From NCBI GenBank assembly GCA_036785375.1, contig JAWMAR010000028.1:10106001-10170000 (forward strand): a stretch of DNA of 64,000 bases, read 5' to 3'. The notes under the pieces are model-generated. The model was not told where the DNA came from and did no database searches. It saw only the letters and a list, made by a program, of their open reading frames with translations. Shown one piece after another: positions 12,962 to 25,024 of this stretch; the first letter of the stretch is position 1, and the number at the start of each line of letters is the position of its first letter. Made by a program: the position numbers and the translations under genes. Source of the DNA: Leucoraja ocellata (Eukaryota).

Positions 12962-12990
12962 TGACGTTTCGGGTTGAGACCCTTCTTCAG
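12962..12990 (-). ncRNA. Minimal hammerhead ribozyme-like motif
   Basis: Minus strand CTGAAGA-AGGGTCTCAACCC-GAAAC-GTCA inside a Penelope-derived hairpin element (~12885-13075). Confidence 0.45.
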
Positions 12991-14504
12991 ACTGTTCTCG
13001 ACCCGAAAGGTCACCCATTCTTTCTCTCCAGAGGATGCTGCCTGCCCCACTCTGCTAACGTGTCTATTTTCTGCTTTTTTATTCATTGGCTGACGAAGGA
13101 GCTAAATTCAATTGAGACAATTCATATTCATAAACTTTTGCATTGGTTTGCACAGATATATTGAGTTGGAACAGAATGCACACTTGCCATTCACAGATCA
13201 GTGAATGTCAGATGGTGAGACCAAGTGGTTCTGTCTATAAAATGTGAGATACTCCTGCAGAAGGAATTTACGTAACTCAAGGAAGAGCAAGGGCCAAAAG
13301 AAAGTATCAAAATTTAATTAGTGCAGGTTCCAGGAAAAGTTGGACGATTTTGCATTTTAAACCTTTTTGTAGCCAAAGGCAATATGAAGAGAATAATTTG
13401 CTTTTGATCATTAAACAAAAGGTTTCCTGATCATTGTATAGCATTTTATAGCTCCTGTTACTGTTACAGGATGACACAGCCCAACATGGGCCATGTTATT
13501 TCATCATTTGGAAATCTCTATCCTGGAGAGATGAACAATGAAATAGATTTAAGTCTGTGACCGATTTCTGGTCACACGGGGAGTGAAGAATTAGAAATGG
13601 GAAAGGAGTAGGATTGAAGGTCAAGATTAGATGATTTCATTGAAATGCAAGGCAGACTCAATGGACTCTCTGGCCAACTACTGCTGCTGTTGGTTGTGTT
13701 CACATGAACTAGGAACATCAACATGAGACGGGATTAGTAACAAAAACATGAACATGAGATTAGTTTATCATCACATGAACCCACGATCAGGAAATCTGGC
13801 AGAAATGCCAGTGGTAGAGACCGCCCCAAAATTACAGACCAGTCGGCGATCGTTGCACAAAACAACAGCTTGCTCCATTTTTTTGCTCCAGTCACTATGG
13901 AGCAGCCACCGGCGAGAAAAGAAGATCTGTGGTTAAAACCAAAAGTTGTTCCATCATGTTGGGATTGGGAGGCTATAAAATGATTTGGAATATAATTTAA
14001 ATCCTAGCGTCATGGACAGATGGTATGAAACAAAACAAACAAGGCCTGCTGGAACTGTAAATAACAACTCATATTTTTTTGGCAGCACAACGGTAAGAAA
14101 AATAGTCACAATGAAGGAAATAACGTGTCTCGCAGAAAGAGAAGGGAAGCAAAAATCCACACAAATTGTGCGGACCTCAAGGTCAAAGGGACTTGGAAGC
14201 CTAACATTCCTTGCCTTGAGTAATCCTGGCCATGACAGTGTCCTGAGATTAGCCTTATCTCCTGCGGGTGATGTGGGGTGAGACTGATGGCTGCAAGAGG
14301 ACTTAAATTAACTTAATTATGAGAATTGAAACAATAGCTTTTGTCCAAGTCAATAAACTTAATTTGATCAAAAGTTGGGGATAACAATTGGACTAGAAAT
14401 GAAAATAAAGAAAAGTTTAGTCTTCCAGAATACACATCAGGGTTGCCAATAAAACAGGAATTTATCGCTACCCTCCTTCTTACAATTGTCACAGGCTGTA
14501 CATT

Positions 14505-14720
14505 ATAGAGTCACAGAGTGTGGAAACTGGCCCTTCCGCCAAACTTGCCCACACCAGCCAACATTTCCCAGCTACACTAGTCCCACCTGCCCGCATTTGG
14601 TCCATATCCCTCCAAATCATGTGCCTGTCTAACTGTTTCTTAAATGTTGGGATAGTCTCTGCCTCTACTACCTCCTCTGACAGCTCATTCCATACATCCA
14701 CCCCCCTTTGTGTGAAAAAT
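14505..14720 (-). mobile_element. CR1 3' fragment
   Basis: ORF 14489..14701 VWNELSEEVVEAETIPTFKKQLDRHM. Confidence 0.75.
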
Positions 14721-15444
14721 TAAGGAATCAAACCTGCTTCATATGGTTTTGCTGTAAACTTAAATAGAAGGAAACCTGTCCCTTGGCTTTTCTGAATAAA
14801 TAAAGTCAGAATGCTCTGGATGAGAATTCTTATTCTCTGAAACTCTGAAACATCTGAAACAATTCAGAGCAATTTTACCAAGGAACGAATTGAGCAAATA
14901 AACTCGCAGCTAGGCTATGGTGGGAGACTTGGTGAGCTTTTAGCAAGAAACAAATCTGTGACTTGTCGCTTCCTCCACAGTCTGTGAACTCATATATATT
15001 TGTAAATGAGACTAAACATGCTTCAAAATCATTCACATTAGACTGTGCCAGCAACAATCTACCTTTATTTAATGCTTTAAATCATCTTTTTAAATCCAAG
15101 GCATGTCCCAGAACTGCCAACATTTTGAGCTAAAGAAGATATTTAGAAAATTTAAAAAAAATACAAATCTGGAAATCTGACATAAAAAGCAATAAATGCT
15201 GGAAACACGCAACAGGACAAGCAGTGTGCTGTAAGGAGAGTTTTTCTTAACCCCCTTGGGAGGAATTTCGTCCAGAATATCTGTCCAAGGATATTTTCTG
15301 ATTGGCTGGGTGTTCAACTTTGTGTGTGTGATTAAAGAGAGATGTTTCTGTCCAGATGTTGTATCTAATAGTCTGATAAGACAGAAACTATGCATGGTGC
15401 AAGGGTGCGGCTGCAAGGATATTTACTTTTGGATGTGGGACGAC

Positions 15445-15667
15445 AGATGGCGGCAATGGGCTAAGTGTTCGGCTGGCGACCTGAAGGTAGCCGGTTCGAA
15501 TCCCGCTTGGAGTGCATACTGTCGTTGTGTCCTTGGGGCAAGACACTTCACCCACCTTTGCCTGTGTGTAAATGTAATGTAATTATGTGAAGCACTTTGG
15601 GGTCAATGCAAGTTGACTAAAAATGTGCTATATAAATAAGATTTATTATTATTATTATATTATTATG
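15445..15667 (+). mobile_element. tRNA-derived SINE
   Basis: A-box-like tggcggcaatgg, B-box GGTTCGAATCC (~15493-15503), central gtgtccttggggcaagacactt block, 3' aaatgtgctatataaat plus (TAT)n tail. Confidence 0.7.
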
Positions 15668-15873
15668 TAATGTTAGGGAACTCGGAGACAACGATAGGAG
15701 TTGGAAAAAACAATGTAAAGGTGATCAGAGGGCCGGGGGAGTTGGGTTGACGAGGGAATGGGTGGCAAAGACGGCAGGAAAGTGGCGAGGCCGGAAAATA
15801 GCAATCCACCATATTCACAAAATGCTGGAGTAACTCAGCGGGACAGGCAGCATCACCGGAGAGAAGGAATGGG

Positions 15874-15903
15874 TGACGTTTCGGGTCGGAGACCCTTCTT
15901 CAG
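15874..15903 (-). ncRNA. Minimal hammerhead ribozyme-like motif (best-preserved copy)
   Basis: Minus strand CTGAAGA-A-GGGTC-TCC-GACCC-GAAAC-GTCA: intact core, perfect 5-bp stem II, GTC triplet. Confidence 0.55.
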
Positions 15904-16280
15904 ACTTCTTCTGCCCGAAAAGTGACCCATTTCTTTTCTCCAGAGATCATGGCCGTCCGAAGGGGGGTGCGTTGGGTGCGACCGCACCCCCCTTTTTTCC
16001 CCACTAAGAAAAAATCACACAAAAACAGAAGAAGAAAAAATCGGGGGAAAAAAGAAAGACAAAAACGGGGGAAAAAGAAAGACAAAATCGGGGAACAAAA
16101 TCAACGTTCCCACTTTGGATACGGCCAATTCTCTGTTCTCCGTCGCCGGGTAAGAGTGGGTGAATCTGAACCCAACGGCTGTAATCCCAACACCAGACGC
16201 CGCTGCGGTGGAGCCCGCTGCGCTCGCCTCCCCCCGCCACCGGGGCCCAAGCCATCTTCCCCCCACACCACCCTGATGAC

Positions 16281-16512
16281 CCCCGCTGGGTCCAGCCACT
16301 CCCGCTGGGCCCACACCCCCGCTGGGCCCACACCACCCCCGCTGGGCCCATGCCACCCCCGCTGGGCGCACACCACTCCCGCTGGGCCCACGCCACCCTG
16401 CTGGGCTCATGCCACTCCCACTGGGCCCATGCCACCCCCGCTGGGCCCACTTCACCCCCGCTGGGCCCACGCCACCCCCGCTGGACCCATGCCACCCCGC
16501 TGGGCCCACGCC
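16281..16512. repeat. GC-rich minisatellite, ~19-20-bp unit (CCACCCCCGCTGGGCCCAYG), ~12 copies
   Basis: Tandem units read directly; source of several spurious Pro/Gly-rich ORFs. Confidence 0.9.
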
Positions 16513-16924
16513 ACCTTCGTCCCCCCCTCCCCCCGCAAGAATAAGGGGTGATGTGAGAGGGGGAGAGAGAGAGGGGAAGGGAGGGGAGAGAGATGGGGGA
16601 TGGGAGAGGGAAAGGGGGATTATCTTTAGTGAGATTGCAAAATTAAGGTAGGTTTTAGAGCTATTATATTTCTCCTCTTATGAATAATATTAAACAATAT
16701 CAAATAATATCAAACAATTGGAACTGCTTTCTTTTCCTTGATAACAAAACTGAAAAATATGAATTCCATAGTTTGTGACATAAATACACATTTTTATGGG
16801 ATCATTATATACAGATGTAACATTTCAATTTCGAGATCGGGGGGTGGTGGTGGGGCGGGGGGGGGGGGGGGGGGGGGGGGAAATATGCGTCAAGCCGATA
16901 GCCTAATCGTTAAAAGAGTTAAAA

Positions 16925-17940
16925 GATAGCCAATTGATAAAGAGCTGAGAAGAGAATCAGAGGCTGCCAAGGAAAGGTACTCTGAGAAGTTGAGGAGCAA
17001 GTTCTCAGCTAATGACTCTTCTTCAGTTTGGAAGGGCATGCAAGAAATCACCAGCTATAAGAGGAAAGCCCCCTGAATGAGTTTTACTGCAGGTTTGAAA
17101 ATCAGAAACGTAACCCTGGTACCCCTTCCCCAACAATCACAGCCAGACCCCAGTCTGCAAAGAATGGACCCTGCATCCTCTCCTTCCCATTCACCACTTC
17201 ACACCTACTTAAGGTAAGACTCCAGTATGAAAAGAGTGGACCCTTTCCCACCCCAACTAACACTTCACACCCACTCACAGCCTGACCTCAGTCTGCAAAG
17301 ATTGGGCCCTTCTAACACCCACCCCACTCCAATCACCACTTCACACCCAATTACTCATTTTTAACCAGTCCCTGCCTGCTTTCAAAGTCTCCACTATTGT
17401 CCCTGTACCCAAAAAGGTAAGGATTACAGGTCATAATGACTACAGGCTTGTCGCACTGACCTCTGTAGTCATGAAGACCGTTGAAAGGCTTGTGCTGGCC
17501 AAGCTGAAAAATATCACAATCCCTCTGCTGGACCCTCTGCATTTTGCATATTGTGGATGATGGAGTCAATCTGGGCCTGCACTTCATCCTCCAGCACCAA
17601 GACCGCCAGGGAACCTATGCGAGGATTTGTTTTATTGATTTTAGCTCTGCATTCAACACCATTGTGCCAGAGCTACCACGCTCCAAACGTTCTGAGTCGA
17701 CTGTGCCTGAACCCCTCAGTCGGTGGATCACCAGCTTTCTGACAGACAGGAAGCAGCATGTGAGGTGGGAAAGCATATCTTCGGACCCGCAAACACTCAG
17801 CATAGTGGCACCGCAAGATGCATACTCTCCCCTCTCCTCTCCTCTCGCCACACCAATGACTGCACCTCCACAGACACCTCTGTCAAGCTTCTCAAGTTTG
17901 CGGATGACACAACCCTGATTGGACTGATCCAGGATGGGGA
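16925..17940 (+). mobile_element. Rex1/Babar-type LINE RT fragment (degenerate)
   Basis: TYARICFIDFSSAFNTIVP...WITSFLTDRKQHVR and [16 protein letters not shown] (FADD catalytic motif); frameshifted. Confidence 0.85.
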
Positions 17941-19160
17941 TCTCTGTACTCTTTTCAGTTTGACATCTCTCCTATAACATGGTGCCCAGAACTGAACACA
18001 ATATTCTAAATGCGGTCTCACCAAGGTCTTATACAACTGCAACATGACCTCTCAACTTCTATACTCAATACTCTGACTGATGAAGGCCAAAGTGCCAAAA
18101 TACTTTTTGACCACCTGATATACCTGTGACACGACCTTCATCAACCATTCCTTTGCCCACCTGGCTAATTGATCCAGATTCTGCTGCAATATTCGCAACC
18201 ATCTTCACTATCTGCAAAACCACTCACTTCTGTATCATCAGCAAACTTGTTAATCTTGCCCTGTTCTGTGACGTTTCACAGAGTGCTGGAGTAACTCAGT
18301 TGGCCAGGCTGAGTATAGAAGTTGAGAGGTCATGTTGCGGTTGCATAAGAAGTTGGTGAGGCCGCATTCAGAGTATTGTGTTCAGTTCTGGGCACCATGT
18401 TATAGGAAATATGTCATCAAACTGGAAAGGGTACAGTGAAGATTTATGAGGATGTTGCCAGGACTAGAGAGCCAGAGCTATAGGGAGAGGGTTGAGTAGG
18501 CTGGGACTCTATTTCATGAAGCACAGGAGGATGAGGGATGATCTAATAGAGGTGTATAAAATCATGATTTGAATAGATATGGTTGAGTCTTTTGCCCAGA
18601 GTAAGTGAGTAAGGAGCAGAGGACATAAGTTTAAGGTGAAGGGCAAAAGATTTAATAGGAATCTGTGGGGTATGCTTTTCACACAAAGGGTGGGAGGTGT
18701 ATGGAACAAGCTGCCAGAGGAGGTAGTTGAGGCAGGGACTGTCGCAACATTTAAGAAACAGTTAGACAGGTACATGGATAGGACAGGTTCGGAGGGATAT
18801 GGATCAAACGTGGGCAGGTGGGACTAGTGCAGATGGGACATGCTGGGCCGAAGGGCCTGTTTCCACACTGTATCATCCTATGACTCTATCTTTCCCTCTC
18901 AACCCATTCTCCTGCCTTCTCCCCATTACCTCTGACACCCGTATCAATCAAGAATCTATCAATCTCCTCCTGAAAAATGTCCATTGACTTGACCTCCACA
19001 GCTGTCTGTAGCAATGAATTCCACAGTTCACCACCCTCTGACTTAAGAAATTCCTGCTCATCTCCTTCCTAAAGGAATGTCTTTTAATTCTGAGGCTGTG
19101 GTCACTGGTCCTAGACTCTCCCACTAGTGGAAACATCCTCTCCAAATCCACTCCATCCAG
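17941..19160. mobile_element. Cluster of CR1 fragments (minus 17941-18260, plus 18310-18885, minus 18890-19160)
   Basis: ORFs 17797..18045(-), 18636..18827(+) and 18948..19151(-) all carry CR1 ORF2 motifs. Confidence 0.75.
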
Positions 19161-19369
19161 GTTTTTACCAGGCTGGGACAGACGGCAACAGCTTCACACC
19201 ATGTCCCAAAGCTTGTGTCCGGTCCTGCATCACCCAAGGCAGCAGAGACGTTATAGGAGAGGGCAAGCATCGTAACAAAGTAGCTCACGATGGTTTGGGT
19301 AACATTCAGGAATGTCCATGCATGTCACATCATGAATATTACTGAAGAACGGTCTTGACCCGAAATATA

Positions 19370-19625
19370 ATCTATACCTTTTCTCCCGAAATGCTGCCTG
19401 ACCCACCGAGTTACTCCAGCACTCTGTGACATGTCACCTATCCATGTTCTCCCACAGATGCTGCCTGACTCGCTGAGTTACTCCAGCACTCTGTGACATG
19501 TCACCTATCCATGTTCTCCACAGATGCTGCCTGACTCGCTGAGTTACTCCAGCACTCTGTGAAACATCGCCTATTCATATTCTCCGCAGATGCTGCCTGA
19601 CCCACTGAGTTACTCCAGCACTTTC
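19370..19625 (+). repeat. Tandem array of ~66-bp Penelope-tail unit, ~4 copies
   Basis: Units start atgctgcctgac at ~19391, 19458, 19524 and 19590; preceded by a degenerate CTGAAGA...GAAA motif at 19342. Confidence 0.85.
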
Positions 19626-19774
19626 TGACTATTTTCCCTTCACCCATCTGCCCAAGCCCACTCTCCCCCCTCCTTTCCTATGTTCCTTTCCACCCATAAA
19701 CCTCTCTCTGCCTTTACATTTCAATCCTCTTTCAAATCTGCTCTACTTATCTACATGCATTTTTCTTCACTTTT

Positions 19775-20020
19775 TAGTCATAGAATGATGCAGTGTGGAA
19801 ACAGGCCCTTCAGCCCAACTTGCCCACGCCGACCGACATGTCCCATCTAAACTAGTCCCACTCACACGCGTTTGGCCCATATCGATCTAAATCTGTCCTG
19901 TGCATGTTCGTGTCCAAATGTCTCTTAAACAATAGGATAGTCCCAGCCTTAACTACCTCCTCTGGCAGCTCGTTACATACACCCAGCACCCTTTGTGTGA
20001 AAAAGCTACCTCTCAGGTTC
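19775..20020 (-). mobile_element. CR1 3' fragment
   Basis: LRGSFFTQRVLGVCNELPEEVVKAG in ORF 19852..20070. Confidence 0.75.
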
Positions 20021-21534
20021 CAGTTAATCTCTGAAATATTGGTCATATATTTGGTGCAAAAATGCTCCAATATAAGGCTCAGAATGCATCAGAGAGCATC
20101 TAAAACCCATGAGCTTGCATCGAGGGACACTGGCATCGGGGGACTTCACGCTTCGCGCTCGTGATGTGCACATTAAGTTTTTTGTAATCCTGTCATGCCC
20201 TTTTTTGAAAAGCTTCGTACGGGCTGGAGATGCTGGCTGTCTCGCTGAGTTACTCCAGCATTTTGTGTCTATCTTCCGTGTAAACCAACGTCTACCGTTC
20301 CTTCCTACATATTGACGAAAGCGGCTATCTTCTATGACGGGCTGAAGGGCAGCAGTAGCGACCTATTGCGTGAGATTGGAAGTGTTTAAGAAGGAACTGC
20401 AGATGCTGGAAAATCGAAGGTAGACAAAAATGCTGGAGAAACTCAGCGGGTGCAGCAGCATCTATGGAGCGAAGGAGATAGGCAACGTTTCGGGCCGAAA
20501 CCCTTCTTCAGAAAGCGGTTTCAGTTTGGCAGGAAGACCTAAAGTGCTGGAGTAATAACTCAGCGGGTCGGGCAGCATCTCTGGAGAACATGGATAGGGA
20601 ACGTTTCAAGAACATTTCCTATACATACAATACTTTCGTTTTCATATCCCCTTTCAACGCTTTTGTCATGAGTTATCTGATTTCTTTCATAATCCCCGGG
20701 ACGTTTCATTCTCCGGCACTTCCAGACAGTGTGAAAGTACCTGGCTATCTATAACGTGCCTGTAACGTGACGATCCAGTTTGGGGGATTTCGGCGGCGCT
20801 TTTGTTTGTCTCGGCGATGGAAAATGGACCATTCCCTCGGGACCGCTGGAATTTTGTACAATCCGAAGATCAAAATCGGTCCAAAAGGAAGTTGAATGGT
20901 TGCTTGACCCAGAGGGCGGGGGGGGGGGGGGGGGGGGGTGGAAAGTCCGACTTTGCAAACTAGTCTTAGTGGCGGAGATTTTTTCCGCTTCGTTTTGCAC
21001 GTTAGAACCAAACCAAAAGATATTTAAATACGAACAGCAAGCAGCTTAGTTCTATTTGATGTGAAAAAATCTAGATTTGCTGCAAACATGTCCTCATCAC
21101 TTTGAAGCAAGCTTAATATTTTGCGTTGGACACCTGGCTTCTCGGCGGGTTGACGAGTTTGAATGAATATACTGCCAACCCACACACCTTGCAAACCCTC
21201 TCTCAGCGAGCAGTAGAGGCCTATTTTGCAGCGGTCGATGAGGTCGAACTCTTTGCAGGTCATCTGGCAGACACCTGGCAAGTGGAGGCTTTCAAAAAGT
21301 GAGTTAGCAAGAGCACAGGCGAAACGTGTTCATGTGTTGTAATGGTCAAGGCTGGCACATTTACGCAAGCAACCTGACTCAATCAGTGGAAGAATGGGAT
21401 CGAAGGCTGGCCCTGACCGCTGGATGCAGATTGGGTCAACTCACCAGCTGTATCTTATCTCTATCAGTGACAAGTCAGCAAACTACACCGGTCTCTGCTC
21501 TTGATTCCGCCCGGGTTATTTACTGAACGGTGCG

Positions 21535-21776
21535 AAATAAGGCCATAGGTTATAGGAGCAGAATTCGCCCATTCGGCCCATCGAGTCTACTCCGCCATTC
21601 AATCATGGCTGATCCATCTCTCCCTCTTAACCCCATTCTCCTGCCTTCTCCCCATAACCTCTGACACCCGTGCTAATCAAGAATCTGCCTATCTCTGCCT
21701 TAAATATATCCATTGCCTTGGCCTCCACAGCCTTCTGTGGCAATGAATTCCGCAGATTCACCACCCTCTGACTAAA
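21535..21776 (-). mobile_element. CR1 3' fragment
   Basis: FSQRVVNLRNSLPQKAVEAKAMDIFKAEIGRFL in ORF 21627..21869. Confidence 0.75.
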
Positions 21777-21850
21777 TCGATGGGCAACTTGGGCGCTGTA
21801 CATTCCACCCTGAATCCCTGTTTGATTCCTGAATCCACGTGTCGTTGCAG

Positions 21851-22153
21851 CTCTGTCCGACACACTCATCGTGGAGACTGTGGGCAGCCTGGAAGTTGGT
21901 CAGAGAGGCTCCGTGAGATGTACGGTCCCCAAAGTCTACCCCGCTCAAGTGGAGGTGGAGTGGCTGAAAGGAACAACATTGCTGAAGACCGACAGCTTCC
22001 GTGACTACACAGAGGAAGAAACGGCGATGAACTTCACCTACGAACTGACGGCTGAATTGCGAGACTCGGGACAAGAGCTGACATGCCGAGTGCAATTACT
22101 CACGGGGAACCAACCACGCAAGGCTGAGGGGTCGCTAACGTTACAGGTTCACT
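21851..22153 (+). CDS. VCAM1: VCAM1-like Ig domain exon (domain 2/5 type)
   Basis: ttgcag| acceptor and |gtaagt donor, phase 1-1. Peptide LSDTLIVETVGSLEVGQRGSVRCTVPKVYPAQVEVEWLKG...DSGQELTCRVQL...LQVH resembles VCAM1 D2 (GPLEAGKPITVKCSVADVYP...LLKG...DIGKVLVCRAKL...LQVY). Sits next to GPR88/CDC14A. Confidence 0.75.
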
Positions 22154-22271
22154 GTAAGTATGGAGACAGAGATATTACATTGAGAACGGAATCACAGTCA
22201 TAGACGTAGTCTGGACAATGGTTTAAGTCGCCCGCCTTTAATGTAGTGAATTATCCCATCTCCTTCTACAG

Positions 22272-22538
22272 ATGCTCCCACGGGGATTGTCATTACTGCA
22301 GAGCCCTCTGCCACAGTGAGAGAGGGTCAGGATGTTCGGCTAACCTGTGCTGCAGACAGCAGCCCCGCTGCCACGATAGTGTGGAGCAAGTTATCCGCCG
22401 GCAACTGGTCAGTCGTGGCCGAGGACCGAGCGATTCTGCACCTGTCACCGGCCCTGTTCGGGGACACGGGAATGTACCGCTGTGAAGCCGGCAATAAACT
22501 GGGGACAATCACCAAGGAGGTGGAATTCCACGTTCAAT
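22272..22538 (+). CDS. VCAM1: VCAM1-like Ig domain exon (domain 3/6 type)
   Basis: ttctacag| acceptor and |gtgcgt donor, phase 1-1, in frame across a 118-bp intron. YAPTGIVITAEPSATVREGQDVRLTC...PAATIVWSK...DTGMYRCEAGNKLGTITKEVEFHVQ resembles VCAM1 D3 (PSTKLQEGGSVTMTC...IFWSKK...DSGIYVCEGVNLIG...KEVELIVQ). Confidence 0.75.
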
Positions 22539-23068
22539 GTGCGTGGGTTTCACTATAGGGAGGTTTCACGGCAGTCGGGTCACAACCCATGACCCATACT
22601 GTTTCCACGCGACGCCAACTGGAGTACACGCGATGAACTGCAGGTAGGCACTGACCATTGTTTCCAGCGTAGCGGGCCCGTTAAAACCCGCTGAAATTGT
22701 CAATTTTTGTGCTGTAAATAATTATGGAAATCGGGATAAGCATGAGCGACATTTATCCTACTTCAGAATTCCAAAATGAGGAGAAATTATGGTAGATAGA
22801 AGCGAGAGCGGAAGGGACAACAACAGCTGAAATGCTTGGCGAACATTGGCCGTTTGCTCACTGCATTTCATCAAAAGTAAGGCATTACTTGTGTTTTTTC
22901 TTGATTGCTTTGGCATCTAAAAAGTTTCAGGAGTGATAAATCTGGCTGTAAAATTTAAAAATGGCCCATGGTTATCAAGTGGGGTTTTACATACAAAAAT
23001 AAAACGCCACTGAAGCAAAATGTACAGAGAAGATTTACCAGGATGTCGCCAGGGGTGGGAGGGTAACC

Positions 23069-23210
23069 GTTGACTTGGCCTCCACAGCCTTCAGTGGCAA
23101 AGAATTACACAGATTCACCACCCTCTGACTAAATAAATTCCTCCTCATCTCCTTAAAGGAACGTCCTTTAATTCTGAGGCTATGACCCCTCGTCCTAAAT
23201 CTCCCTTCTG
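23069..23210 (-). mobile_element. CR1 fragment
   Basis: ggcctccacagccttc...accaccctctgactaaataaattcctcctcatc, same family and orientation as 21535-21776. Confidence 0.65.
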
Positions 23211-25024
23211 CTTATCCACTTTTTTTGTTACATACAGTGTTTGCTGGCTTCCAAAGTCATTGTTTTGAGAAGATGATAACGACACAATGTACTGAACTGC
23301 TGCAATCTCCACGAGTCAGGGTGTTTCAGGGATTAGACGCGCCGACTCTTCAACTTCCAATTGCGCTTTTCCGAGCAATGTGCACTAATGCACTCGCGTG
23401 TTTCCTTGTCAGAAGTACCCCGTGACCCCCGTTTGAACAAGGCTAGCAGTTTACAGCAGTAAACATGGATTTCAAACATGCGTAGTATAATCAATCTCCC
23501 GTGGGAGATATGTCCTGTCATTTTGTGACAGATGGGCGTGTTGTTCCCCGAATAAGACTGAAGCGGGACTAACAAACGCCAAGAGTTCTCAGCAGCGACA
23601 GGGAAGCAGCCGGGGGGGCTGCCGATGTGGACCCTCCAACTTGTCTCCTCCCTTCACACTTCTGTCCAAGAACTTGCCATTTGTTTTGCCAATGGATCAA
23701 TTGACCCGCTGTAGTTGCTGAAACATGATGTTTGCAACCTGGACGTTTTGAGGCCGTTCTCCGACTAGTTTCACTGTCCTCCTCATTAATTTCACTGATT
23801 GTCACCTTCCCGTCAGCCAACCATGAACCATTTCCTTGATCAACGCCTGCTTTGATCTGTGGTTTTCACACCTTACCCTTCCATATTTCTAGACTCCCAT
23901 CTCCATTGATATCACTCACAGTCTCTAGAGATGCTGCCTGTCCCGCTGAGTTACTCCAGCATTTTGTGTCTATCTTCGGTGTATAACCAATGTCTGCAGT
24001 TCCTTCTTACATATTTCGGCTTGGCTCGGTTATCTGGAACCAAGCGGCCCAGCCGCTGCGGGGACTAAGATCGAGAGGGATGATGACCCAGATTCAACTA
24101 GCTTCTAAATCATTCATTACTTACATAGTGCCTCCAAATCTCAGTGACTATCTGGGACCAGTCAGCGAAAGATTACACAAGTAAAACATCTAGTGATTGG
24201 GATAATTATTAAAGGTCAGGGTCGATTTCAAAAGGAATTAAGAATTATTTTATATAAAAGTAAATTACAGGTGACATGCAGTCAAATTGGGTAACAGCAG
24301 TGCAGTCAAACGTAATGTTTCAGGTACACACAGCGTAATGTTGCAGGTACACAAGAGACTGCGGACGCTGGAATCGTAAGCAAAAGGCAAACTGCTGGAG
24401 GAAACACAAACTGCTTCAGTCTGAAGAAAGGTCCCGACCCGAAATGTCTGTCCAAATCTGCAGTTCCTTCCTGCACTGTTTTGAGGCAGTGTTTGATGAT
24501 AATCTACTCCTGCCCTATGGAGGTGTATTTTAACGTAGTCCCCTACCTTGGCTCACTTGCATTTCAAACCAGTCACATTTGAACCTATGCCTGATATCCC
24601 CACAAATACATCTGCAGAGGGATCACTGGACAACAATGAACACATTGATCTCGCTGCAAGACCACTTCCCTCAGTAGGAAGAACATGGGTGGACTGAAAC
24701 CTCTGTTCCTGACCTCAGGATATCCCCGAGAGCTTTCCAGCTAATTAAAGATTTCTGCAGTGAACACACTGTTCCCATATAGAAAACAGCACATGCAGTT
24801 TACATGCAAGTTCCCATAATGGCGATATGATAACGATATGTCAGCTTGAGCTAGTGATTCAAATCAGTCTTAAATCATTATTACGTTCAGCTTAGAATAT
24901 GTACAGCTCATTTAAAACCAAATACTCAAATCAATGTCACCAACTAATTGGATTTCCAAATATGAGCTTCAGTCAACATAGACCTCTTTCAGGGACTCTA
25001 GGTGAAATCACATGGTGGACAGGA

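Noticed and set aside
15445-15520. tRNA gene
   Set aside because: A B-box is present, but the sequence continues into a SINE body and (TAT)n tail; no convincing cloverleaf.
15922-16651. 209-aa basic/Pro-rich ORF and overlapping ORFs
   Set aside because: Derived from tandem repeats.
24573-24697. Possible terminal exon for the VCAM-like gene (TFEPMPDIPTNTSAEG...WVD*)
   Set aside because: Weak acceptor, no transmembrane segment and no homology; likely chance.
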